Shown here piece by piece: positions 13,766 through 26,100 of a stretch of 64,000 nucleotides of DNA. A program made the translations under genes and the position numbers. How positions within the stretch are numbered: the stretch's first letter is position 1; every line of letters starts with the position of its first letter. Under the pieces are notes generated by a model. It made no database searches. It was not told the origin of the DNA and worked only from the letters and a program-made list of their open reading frames with translations. The DNA lies in contig OZ024742.1 of NCBI GenBank assembly GCA_964016885.1, forward strand, positions 299,398,001 through 299,462,000, in the 5' to 3' direction. Origin of the DNA: Eledone cirrhosa. Taxonomy: Eukaryota.

Positions 13766-13987
13766 TATAACTCCTGTTAAGAGAGGGATGGTAGTAGTGC
13801 CACAAAACATGACTAGAAGCGAGGAAGTCACCAAAAATATAAAAAGATATAAATAGACTGATTTAGTGTCCCGGTCAAACAGCTAACAACAACACCAAAA
13901 AAATAATAATTATTGTTCTTGTATCTCTAAACTCTCTCAAAATGTTTAGTTTAAACGATGTAAAATCTAAACTATCATATAATAATA

Positions 13988-14591
13988 ATTGTTTCTTTGT
14001 TTGGCACAAGGCCAGCAATTATCCTAGTGTATTACTGGTGCTTTATTTTATCGACCCCGAAAGGATGAAATGCAAAGTTAACCTCGGCGGGATTTGAACT
14101 CAGACCATAAAGGGACGTAACTCTTTAATATAATAATAATTGTTTCTACTTTAGGCACAAGGCCATCAATTACTGGTACTTTATTTTATGCTAGAAAGTA
14201 TGGCGTCCGACCTTCTACCGATACTGCCAATGATAAGCAACAAGTGGAAAACTTACAGAACAGAACACAGACAAAAACAAATGCAACAACAAAAGAAAAA
14301 CAAATTTCAAGATTTTTGAACGCAACAGCCCCTACTTCCCTCGTAGCTAAAATCAAAAATAGCAGCAGCAGCAACAACAACACTAGTAACCGATGTTACT
14401 GGCCTTGAAAAACAAAAAGGAAAGAAAACGAAAAAAATATTATGACATTACTGGTACTTTATTTTATCGACCCCGTAAGGATGAAAGGCAAAGTTAACCT
14501 CAGCGGGATTTGAACTCAGACCGTAAAGGGATGTAACTATACCGGAAAGCATGGCGTCCGACCCTCTACCGATACTGCCAATCCACCGCCC
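13988..14591 (-). mobile_element. Cluster of three partial tRNA-derived SINEs (about 13988-14123, 14138-14231, 14448-14591)
   Basis: Reverse complement of the family seen at 37851 and 53753 (box A TGGCAGTATCGG, box B GAGTTCAAATCC, core GCCTTTCATCCTTACGGGGTCGATAAAATAAAGTACC). Confidence 0.88.
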
Positions 14592-14742
14592 TATACTACT
14601 ACTACTAATAATAATAATAATAACCAGATAGGGCGAATTTTTCCGATCTACGCAATAAAAATCGGGACATGATTTTAATACACACATATACAGACTCGCG
14701 CGTGCGTACCCACACACGTAGACACACAGGTACAGACGCACG

Positions 14743-14813
<71 letters not shown>

Positions 14814-15224
14814 TATTTTATATCATATTATTTATATTTGCATATATGAGAGCATGCAAGCATATGTTAATGCTTTTCTTTTACGACAGAAATATGTCCA
14901 TAACTACTCATAGCACATATCTGTATTGTTTAAAGCACATCAACCAATGTATTCGCATATATTATTCAACCACCATAATGTCACTCTCTGATGCATTAAA
15001 CATGATTCCCATACTGTATATATATAGACCACAGATTTGGCGAATGACGTGCTAAAACCTTAGAAAATCTATCATATTTTTTTTTATTTCCATGTTTTCA
15101 GATTTAATATGTAAAGCTTACATTGTGTCCTCGCTTTTGTTATACAAGAAAATACACTCGCGTCGCGGGACGCCTGAATATTCTTAGCTATTATATTGAA
15201 AGATTCGAGGACCTGTATCGTAAA

Positions 15225-15318
15225 TAATTGTTTCTACTTTTGGCACAAGGTCAGCAATTACCCAGTGCATTACTGGTACTTTATTTTATCGACCCCGTAA
15301 GGATGAAAGGCAAAGTTA
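15225..15318 (-). mobile_element. Partial tRNA-derived SINE (3' half)
   Basis: Matches the 3' half of the main SINE family. Confidence 0.85.
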
Positions 15319-15444
15319 AATAACGATAGTTGTGAAGAATTCATTTGCGTTTTAGTATATAGGACTCGTATGCTGCTGAAACCTTGATATGGACATGTAG
15401 TGGCCACGCACATTATCGAGGAAGGTTACTCTAAATACTATTCG

Positions 15445-15513
<69 letters not shown>

Positions 15514-15518
<5 letters not shown>

Positions 15519-15714
15519 AAAAAGTATGAACCCGACGGCAGAGCTCAAGCCGTTTCGACGGCTATTTCTGGACTCCAGAGTCTAGAAATAGCCGTCGAAA
15601 AGGCTTGAGCTCTGCCGTCGGGGTCATATTTTTTCCTATTTCCCACTCTACTACCCTAAGTATTGAGTACTCTGGTGCGTTATGGTCCATCTGGTTCCTT
15701 ACCACAATTCCTTT

Positions 15715-15718
<4 letters not shown>
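15514..15718. mobile_element. Fold-back PLE-like relic: about 125-bp palindrome (15514-15639) plus about 80-bp tail, in (TA)n
   Basis: Near-perfect inverted repeat centred at 15576-15577. Each arm reads hairpin-GAAA-4 nt-TT. Confidence 0.7.
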
Positions 15719-15773
<55 letters not shown>

Positions 15774-16289
15774 AAGGTGCGAAATATTTTCTTCTGGTCT
15801 TTGAACTAATCCAATTTATTGAAACATTGAAACCATTGAATGTCAGCAATATCTTTTGTGTTGTAATAAATCACAGTTTCAAGGTCTTATCTTTCCTCAT
15901 GCATTTCCTTCATATATACAGTTATTTTCCTCATGAAAACTCACCTAAGATGGAGAGTTTAGCTTTGATTACTTCAATTTCTTTTTGGTTTCTTACATTA
16001 TGCGTATTAGACATTCTAGTTCTAGTGTAGAATTGCAATGCTGGCATAAGATTCCTGCATATTTTAGTATTTGGTAACGCTATGTTAGAGATTCTACGTA
16101 TATATATATATATTTCATATTATTTCAAATATATATATATATATTTAGGTTTGAAGGTTCACCACTGGATAGAGCTGGTCATTCAGTATGGTCAATCTTG
16201 ATGTAATAATATGGAGAGCACTCAACGTAAAGCAGCTCAACCGTCTTCGTTTGTGTAGTTGGTGGTGCGAGTACGGAATTAAATATTAT

Positions 16290-16337
16290 AATATATATAT
16301 ATATATACATATATATGTATTCATATATATATATACA

Positions 16338-16372
<35 letters not shown>

Positions 16373-16614
16373 ACATATATACATATACATATATACATAT
16401 ACATATATACATATATATATATACATATACATATATACATATACATATATACATATACATATATACATATACATATATACATATATATATATACATATAT
16501 ATATATACATATATATACATATATATATATACATATACATATATACATATACATATATACATATACATATATACATATATATATATATACATATATATAT
16601 ATACATATATATAC

Positions 16615-16645
<31 letters not shown>

Positions 16646-16646
16646 C

Positions 16647-16721
<75 letters not shown>
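16290..16721. repeat. Compound (TA)n/(TATACA)n microsatellite
   Basis: Direct inspection. Similar tracts lie at 17715-18666, 19660-20800, 21395-21625, 26278-26843, 27117-27540, 28920-29080, 30756-30843, 39495-39574 and 41750-42487. Confidence 0.97.
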
Positions 16722-16722
<1 letters not shown>

Positions 16723-17716
16723 CGGCGATGGATTAGTTTTGCGAGGTTTTTTATATGAAATCGTGTGTCGAAACAGATATTGTTATATTTGGGGAGGGTC
16801 ATATTTGCGTAATATTGCCAGAATTAATAACAGAACACACTCACTGTTTGGTTGGTTTTCGCTTCTCGCTGTCTTTTATATATATATATCTGCGATCTAA
16901 CTTAATCGGTCCTCGATGTTGCCATTGGCTGACCGACGGTCAAAAATAATACAGATACAATATAGACACAAACACATATATATAGTTTACATAATTTACA
17001 TAAATCTTTCGTTGCACATCTGCAACATCGTCAGTGGTGTTATATTTTTTCCTCCTGTTGTGTTGTATGTCTACGCCATTTTTTATTCAGTCTGTCTTTA
17101 TATTTATTTATTTATTTATTTGCTTGTTTGTTTATTTTATTTTGTCTTCTTTGCGCATGCGTTTGCGTGTGTGTACAGTGTTGTGTGTGCTGTGTGACTA
17201 GTGTGTATAGTGTTGTGTCTGCTGGGTGACTAGTGTGTGTTTATGTGCTTGTTGTTATTGTGCTTGTGTATGTATTTATTTATCTTATTTTATTTTATTT
17301 TATTTATTTACTTATTTATACTTCTCTTAGGTCAGTGTTGTTTGTTTGGGTGTTGTTGTTGTTCTACTCATTCTTTCTGTTTAGCTTTGGTCTTCTAATT
17401 TCTATTTCACTGGCCTCTCCGATTTGCCTATCTGCTGGGTCACTCCTATGTTTAGATATTATTCTAATTTCTATGTTGTCTATGTTACCGTCATGTGGTT
17501 GTCTAGCATGTCCGTATAGTACTGACCTGTTTGTGTCTATATTGTATCTGTATTATTTTTGACCGTCGGTCAGACAATGGCAACATTGAGGAGCGATTAA
17601 GTTGGATCGCAGATATAAAAGACAGCGAGAAGCGAAAACCAACCAAACAGTGAGTGTGTTCTGTTATTAATTCTGGCAATATTACACAAATATGACCCTC
17701 CCCAAGTATAACAATA
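16722..17716 (-). mobile_element. Non-coding PLE 3' end (pLTR + tail) with inverted partial pLTR
   Basis: Inverted repeat about 16777-16975 vs 17529-17716, and a hammerhead-like motif at 16998-17038. The terminal motif is shared with the Penelope element at 56158-59303. Confidence 0.8.
16998..17038 (-). ncRNA. Minimal type I hammerhead-like motif with weak stem I
   Basis: Minus strand: CA CTGACGA T GTTGCA GATG TGCAAC GAAA GATT T A TG. The core and a 6-bp stem II are intact. Confidence 0.65.
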
Positions 17717-17994
17717 TATATATACATATATATACATATATATATATACATATATATACATATATATATATTCATATAATAACATATATATATATATACA
17801 TATATATACATATATATATATACATATATATATATATACATATATACTTATATATACATATATATATATACATATATATATACATAAATACATATACATA
17901 TAGATATATACATATATACATATATATATACATATATATATATATATACATATACATATATTGGTGTTATTTTCCTCATGAAAACTCACATATA

Positions 17995-18035
<41 letters not shown>

Positions 18036-18549
18036 GTATATACATATATATATACACATATATATATACACATATATATATATATACACACACATATATA
18101 TATACATATATATATATACATATATACACATATATATATACATATATATACATACATATATATATACGCATATATATATACATATATATACATACATATA
18201 TATATATACATATATATACATACACATATATACATATACATATATACATATATATATATACATATACATATATACATATACATATATACATATACATATA
18301 TACATATACATATATACATATATATATATACATATACATATATACATATATATATATACATATACATATATACATATACATATATACATATACATATATA
18401 CATATACATATATACATATATATATATACATATATATATATACATATATATACATATATATATATACATATACATATATACATATACATATATACATATA
18501 CATATATACATATATATATATATACATATATATATATACATATATATAC

Positions 18550-18580
<31 letters not shown>

Positions 18581-18581
18581 C

Positions 18582-18666
<85 letters not shown>

Positions 18667-18667
<1 letters not shown>

Positions 18668-19661
18668 CGGCGATGGATTAGTTTTGCGAGGTTTTTTATA
18701 TGAAATCGTGTGTCGAAACAGATATTGTTATATTTGGGGAGGGTCATATTTGCGTAATATTGCCAGAATTAATAACAGAACACACTCACTGTTTGGTTGG
18801 TTTTCGCTTCTCGCTGTCTTTTATATATATATATCTGCGATCTAACTTAATCGGTCCTCGATGTTGCCATTGGCTGACCGACGGTCAAAAATAATACAGA
18901 TACAATATAGACACAAACACATATATATAGTTTACATAATTTACATAAATCTTTCGTTGCACATCTGCAACATCGTCAGTGGTGTTATATTTTTTCCTCC
19001 TGTTGTGTTGTATGTCTACGCCATTTTTTATTCAGTCTGTCTTTATATTTATTTATTTATTTATTTGCTTGTTTGTTTATTTTATTTTGTCTTCTTTGCG
19101 CATGCGTTTGCGTGTGTGTACAGTGTTGTGTGTGCTGTGTGACTAGTGTGTATAGTGTTGTGTCTGCTGGGTGACTAGTGTGTGTTTATGTGCTTGTTGT
19201 TATTGTGCTTGTGTATGTATTTATTTATCTTATTTTATTTTATTTTATTTATTTACTTATTTATACTTCTCTTAGGTCAGTGTTGTTTGTTTGGGTGTTG
19301 TTGTTGTTCTACTCATTCTTTCTGTTTAGCTTTGGTCTTCTAATTTCTATTTCACTGGCCTCTCCGATTTGCCTATCTGCTGGGTCACTCCTATGTTTAG
19401 ATATTATTCTAATTTCTATGTTGTCTATGTTACCGTCATGTGGTTGTCTAGCATGTCCGTATAGTACTGACCTGTTTGTGTCTATATTGTATCTGTATTA
19501 TTTTTGACCGTCGGTCAGACAATGGCAACATTGAGGAGCGATTAAGTTGGATCGCAGATATAAAAGACAGCGAGAAGCGAAAACCAACCAAACAGTGAGT
19601 GTGTTCTGTTATTAATTCTGGCAATATTACACAAATATGACCCTCCCCAAGTATAACAATA
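18667..19661 (-). mobile_element. Second copy of 16722-17716 (offset 1945 bp)
   Basis: Unique portions look identical, and the ORF track gives identical peptides at +1945. Confidence 0.9.
18943..18983 (-). ncRNA. Duplicate hammerhead-like motif
   Basis: Identical to 16998-17038. Confidence 0.65.
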
Positions 19662-19939
19662 TATATATACATATATATACATATATATATATACATATAT
19701 ATACATATATATATATTCATATAATAACATATATATATATATACATATATATACATATATATATATACATATATATATATATACATATATACTTATATAT
19801 ACATATATATATATACATATATATATACATAAATACATATACATATAGATATATACATATATACATATATATATACATATATATATATATATACATATAC
19901 ATATATTGGTGTTATTTTCCTCATGAAAACTCACATATA

Positions 19940-19980
<41 letters not shown>

Positions 19981-20262
19981 GTATATACATATATATATAC
20001 ACATATATATATACACATATATATATATATACACACACATATATATATACATATATATATATACATATATACACATATATATATACATATATATACATAC
20101 ATATATATATACGCATATATATATACATATATATACATACATATATATATATACATATATATACATACACATATATATACGCATATATATATACATATAT
20201 ATACATACATATATATATATACATATATATATATACATATATACATACATATATATATATAC

Positions 20263-20316
<54 letters not shown>

Positions 20317-20350
20317 ACATATATATACATACATATATATATATACATAT

Positions 20351-20445
20351 ATGTAGGAGGTGAGTTTTATTGTAGTACAATAAAGCAATGCAGATATCGG
20401 ATAAGAAGCACTCTACAGTTTGTAGGAGTGGAGTATACATAATAT
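20351..20445 (-). mobile_element. Tail-only fragment of the PLE-like family at 49689-50145
   Basis: Reverse complement of about 50055-50145, embedded in (TA)n. Confidence 0.8.
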
Positions 20446-20658
20446 AATATACATATATATACATACATATATATAGATACATATATACATATATATACAT
20501 ATATATACATACATATATATACTTCTATATATATACATATATATACATACATATATATATATACATATATATACATACATATATATATATACATATATAT
20601 ACATACATATATACATATATATATACATATATACATATATATATATATATACATATAT

Positions 20659-20737
<79 letters not shown>

Positions 20738-20738
20738 T

Positions 20739-20778
<40 letters not shown>

Positions 20779-20802
20779 ATATATATACATACATATATAT
20801 AT

Positions 20803-21394
20803 GGTGGCTGCAAACTCGTTTTCGAGTACGGCCACTACTTTATATCCATGTAGGAGAACCCCTACTGATGCACTGAACGAGTGTGACCTTTTAGTCCAGC
20901 CAGCGCATTGAAAACTCTGGTACTAACACCACACCCGTGACAATTATTGACACATAGTGCTGGGCCCATGGTACCATGTGACGACAAGTGCAGAGAGATC
21001 TCCAGATATAAATCAATGCCTGTGCCGTGAAGCTTTTATAGTGAGCAAAGGCACTGCACAAAGCCAGTCCCACTCTCTTAACCAAGATGATATTTACCAA
21101 AAAGAGGAACAAGTCAACATCATTGGATACCATCAGGGTTGCAGGTGTTATATCAGAGTTTTCCTTCTCCTAGAATTCTGCCTTGACAAAGGCTAAGGGG
21201 TCATCTCTCCCGGTGATTTTGGATGGCCATTGACCCTTAAGAGCTCCTTTGCCCTTTGACAGGTTTTGTTTTTAGTCCTGCAGGATGTCCAAAGTCACCC
21301 TCCTCACCAAGAAACCTTAGTGGGGTTGCCAGTTTAGTCGCCAACGACCCGACCATGAGACAGGTTGTACTGGGATACATGTTACCAGTAGCAG
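20803..21394 (-). mobile_element. Probable RTE-clade LINE 5'UTR fragment
   Basis: Minus-strand CTAGGAGAAGGAAAACTCTGA motif, which I recognise from RTE 5'UTRs. No coding sequence is retained. Confidence 0.5.
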
Positions 21395-21557
21395 TATACA
21401 TATATATACATACATATATATATACATATATATATATACATATATATATACATATATATATACATACATATATATATACATATATATATACATATATATA
21501 TACATATATATATACATATATATATACATATATATATATATACATATATATATATAC

Positions 21558-21588
<31 letters not shown>

Positions 21589-21594
21589 ACCAGA

Positions 21595-21627
<33 letters not shown>

Positions 21628-22007
21628 CTCATATTTATATATATACGCTTCTCACTCACACACAAGAAAAACAAAAAACAAAAATAAATCAAAAATAAAT
21701 TTAAAAAAAAATATATATATATTGAAATACTTAACTAAAACACACACACACGAACTTGTGAGTACATTTTCCTTTAACTACAAATTATTATTATATACTT
21801 TCGTCTTTTCATTAACTTAATTAATTTCAAATAACCAGAATATACATATATATATATATATATATACTCATATTTATATATATACGCTTCTCACTCACAC
21901 ACAAGAAAAACAAAAAACAAAAATAAATCAAAAATAAATTTAAAAAAAAAAAAAAATATATATATATTGAAATACTTAACTAAAACACACACACACTCAA
22001 AACTAGA

Positions 22008-23174
22008 ATGGCTAACCAGCAAAAATCCAAACAGAACTGGTCTGATAATGAAATCGACATTCTAATAAACACATGGCATTGCCTTTCCCAAACAGAAAAT
22101 ATAGATGCTTCATCTCTGAACGACATTGCTAAACGTACAGTTCAATTTTTGAAAACTCGATCTGAACAACAGATTCAAAATAAATTAAAGCAAATCGAAA
22201 TTGCTTTTAAATTAATCAATAAACATTTGGATAAACTACGGTGTGTTTTCTCTTCGAATGCTGTCCAGCAGCAGCAACAACAACAACAGCAGCTACAACA
22301 GCAACAACAGCAACAGCAACAACAACAACAACAGCTACAGCAACAACAACAGCAACAACAACAACAACAACGACAACAACAGTGTGAACCACTCCTTGAT
22401 TCATCAACAATGGCCGATCTACTAAATGAAACTATTGACCCCCCAGTGGCCTCTGTCTCACAGCATGAAACGCCACATCCTTTCTCTGGCCCAGCAGTCC
22501 AATCATCACCACTGCCAACATCTCTGCCTACTACTACTACTACTACTACAACATTTTTGTCTACTGCTATGTCAAGGAATTTACCTTCTAATACCAGAAC
22601 AAGAACTCTCCCTCCCACAGTCCACAAAGGTCGTCAAATCCTACCCAAACCATCATCTACACCTCTCACAACACCCACACCCACATACCCACCCACTCGA
22701 AACCCCATCATTTGCCGCTACTCTCTACGCTATAGAATATGTACGGATAGTGGCTGCAAATTCACCCATTTACCTAGGACAAAACGATCTATCCCCACAA
22801 ACAGCCACCACCATAATACATACTCTAATTTAACACCAACACAACCACCAATAACTCAAACAAGGAATCCACAAATCTGCCGTTTTTCCCTGCGAGACAG
22901 ATTGTGTTTAGACCGGGATTGTCCCTTTACCCATCTCCCGGGGACCCGTCGGATAAATGAAAATAAAATTAAAAATAAAAGCAAAAACAAAAACCATAAC
23001 CTACATAAAAATAACCACTACCACAGTCACCAACAGTCTTCTAAACAGGAAACTTCTTCCTCTTTTTTAGCCATAATGAATCTGGCAAAAGAACTGGAAA
23101 AAAACATTCGAGCTATCACCCAGCACCACCCTCCACTATCACCCCACTGCACAAACTCCCATTGCTGCCATTAA
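22008..23174 (+). CDS. LINE ORF1: Myb/SANT-like N-terminus, poly-Q, two CCCH zinc fingers
   Basis: ATG-initiated 388 aa: NWSDNEIDILINTW..RSEQQIQNKLKQI; ICRYSLRYRICTDSGCKFTH; ICRFSLRDRLCLDRDCPFTH. Confidence 0.85.
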   Translation: MANQQKSKQNWSDNEIDILINTWHCLSQTENIDASSLNDIAKRTVQFLKTRSEQQIQNKLKQIEIAFKLINKHLDKLRCVFSSNAVQQQQQQQQQLQQQQQQQQQQQQQLQQQQQQQQQQQRQQQCEPLLDSSTMADLLNETIDPPVASVSQHETPHPFSGPAVQSSPLPTSLPTTTTTTTTFLSTAMSRNLPSNTRTRTLPPTVHKGRQILPKPSSTPLTTPTPTYPPTRNPIICRYSLRYRICTDSGCKFTHLPRTKRSIPTNSHHHNTYSNLTPTQPPITQTRNPQICRFSLRDRLCLDRDCPFTHLPGTRRINENKIKNKSKNKNHNLHKNNHYHSHQQSSKQETSSSFLAIMNLAKELEKNIRAITQHHPPLSPHCTNSHCCH

Positions 23175-26100
23175 CAAACAAACAAATTAACAACACACCA
23201 AAACAATTAAAACCATCCACTCTCGCCTCTACATTTTTGCTTAACGCCCAAGGCATCAGCCCTTCCACCAATACTCAAAAATGGAAGATCAAATTCCTGG
23301 AGGACTGGATTGATGTCCATCCAAACCACATCCCTTTCTTCGTCCTCACTGAAACCCATCTCAGTAACCTCCACTTGGAAGCCGAGGTGAAAGTGAAAAA
23401 TTTCAAAGCCATCCGTGCTGATCGCGCTGGCAGAAGAAAGGGCGGAACTGCCATTTATGTCCATAATTCTTTCTCAACAGAGGCTATGAACATATTCACT
23501 AATGGATACTGTGAGGCAGTCACTGTATTCAGTCAAACCAACAACCTATTAGTAGTTGGGCTCTATAGGCCACCCCAAACGCCTGTACCATGCTTCAAGG
23601 AATGCCTCAACAGCATAAAGTGTTTCATCCAAGAGTGTCACCCTGACAACATCTTAATGATGGGGGACTTCAACCTCCCCGGAGTTGACTGGTCCACAAA
23701 CACCCTGCCACCAGGTTCTTCTGCCTCAACCTCTGACAGGGAAGCTGTGGAATCGCTTCTTGACTTCATGGATGATTTCTTCCTATCCCAACTAGTGCTC
23801 GAACCAACGAGGTGCCACAAAAACGTCCTAGACTTAATTTTCAGCAATCACACTGACAATATCCACAATATTGCAGTGGAGAAAACTCTACTCTCTGATC
23901 ATGACATGGTTCTCTGTGATCTGAGTTTCCACCGTCCAATATACAAACCCAATGTCATTTCTCCTGTCCATCCGTTTGACGCTATGGATTTCCACAATGC
24001 AAACTGGGAAGCGATCAGTCATGATCTTGCACATGTCGACTGGTCCTTCACGCACACTCATACACCCACTAACATCAAAAAGTCCTGGCAGACATTTGTG
24101 GACACTGTTACAAACATATGTGCTAAACACACCCCATTAAGAACTATAAACAAATCTAAGAGCAGAATCCCTAGAAATAGAAAAACACTCATCAGAAAAA
24201 TTAAGAGAACGAACAAAAAAATCAACAAGCTGAAATACTGTCAGCAGCAACACATCAACTTGACTGCCATTTCATCACTAGAGATTAAAAAACATAACCT
24301 CCAAAACAACATAATGTCCCTCATCAACAATCAGAGAAGAGCTGAAGAGGCCTGGGCCATTGAGAAGATCAAACTCAATCCCAAAGTGTTCTTTTCATTT
24401 GCAAAAAAACACAAAATCACTGGCTCTACTGTTGGCCCTCTAATTGATGAAAATGGCACTCTTCAAGACAATGCTAAAACCATGGGTGAGATACTGCAGA
24501 AACAATACTGCTCTGTTTTCAGCAATCCTGATATGGCCGATCTGGGCTGTATCGGCGATGTTACTCCCCATTACACCTTATCGGACATAACGTTTGGCGC
24601 CCCTGATGTCTTGGCGGCAATAAAGGAAATCAAGCATAATTCAGCAGTAGGTCCCGATAGGTTCCCTGCTTGTGTCTTGAAGGCGTGTCAACACCAACTT
24701 GCTTCTCCTCTTGCCAATCTGTGGCGGAACTCACTGGATGCTGGATATGTGCCAGAAAACCTTCTATCCCAGTCTGTTGTCCCAGTTTTCAAAAAGGGAA
24801 ACAAATCCCTTGCCGTGAATTACCGTCCAATCTCACTCACCTCTCATATCATTAAGGTATTTGAGCGAGTGGTGAGATCGCGAATGACCCACTTCCTTGA
24901 GAGTAACAATATGCTGAACTCCAACCAGCATGGATTCCGTAATGGAAGGGATTGCCTGACGCAACTACTGCATCACTTTGATGACATTTTGAGAGCCTTG
25001 GGAGAGGGTTCCAACACTGATGTTATCTACCTTGATTTCAGCAAGGCCTTTGACAGGGTTGATCATAACATTCTACTGAGAAAGCTGTCCAATATTGGTG
25101 TCACTGGAAAGCTGCTGCAGTGGATCAAGAGCTTCCTGTCAAACAGAACCCAACATGTTGTAGTTGAGGGAGTCAAATCAAGCCCAGCCAGAGTCAGTAG
25201 TGGAGTCCCACAAGGCACTGTGTTGGGCCCACTTCTCTTCATCATCTATATTAATGACATCACTGACATCATCAAACACAGCAACATTAAAATTTTCGCT
25301 GATGATTCCAAGCTCCAAAAGGTCATCAATGGCGTGGATGACCGGATAAGCCTTCAGTCAGACCTACTGGCTGTTACCCAATGGGCAGAAAAGAACAACA
25401 TGTTACTGAACGAAGACAAATTCGAACTGATCCACTTTGGAAAAGAGGATGCTCTGAAACTCCCGTACTCCCTTCCCTCCGGGGAAACTCTCGTGGCATC
25501 TAACAACATCAGAGACTTGGGAGTAACCGTGGACAGCAACATAAGCTGGACCACGCATATAAGCAGCAAAGTTGACATGGCCCGCAGAATGTGTTCCTGG
25601 ATCCTCAGAACCTTCCAGTCGAGAGATTCCCGCACCATTATCCTTCTCTTCTCTACTTTCGCCCGACCACACCTTGAATACTGTTGTCCACTGTGGTCTC
25701 CCCACACGAAACAAAGTATCATGAAACTTGAAGCTCCTCAAAGGGCAATCACGAAAAAGATAGATGGCATGTCAGACCTTGACTACTGGGGTCGATTGGA
25801 AAACCTGAAACTTTACTCACTCCAACGTCGCCGTGAGCGTTATATTATCTGCATGATGTGGAAAATGTTCCATCATCACTGCCCAAATGATGTTGGCATC
25901 GCCTTCAAGATACACCCAAGGCTTGGGCCCCGTGCTATCCGTCCCATTCAAAAATCTAAATCGCAACTCATAACAACAATACGGCACAATTATTTCACCT
26001 CAATCGGCCCTGCTCTCTTCAACATCACACCAGGACACGTCAAAACAGAAACTGACCCCACAAAATTCAAGAAGTCTTTGGACAAATTCCTCCAAGTAAT

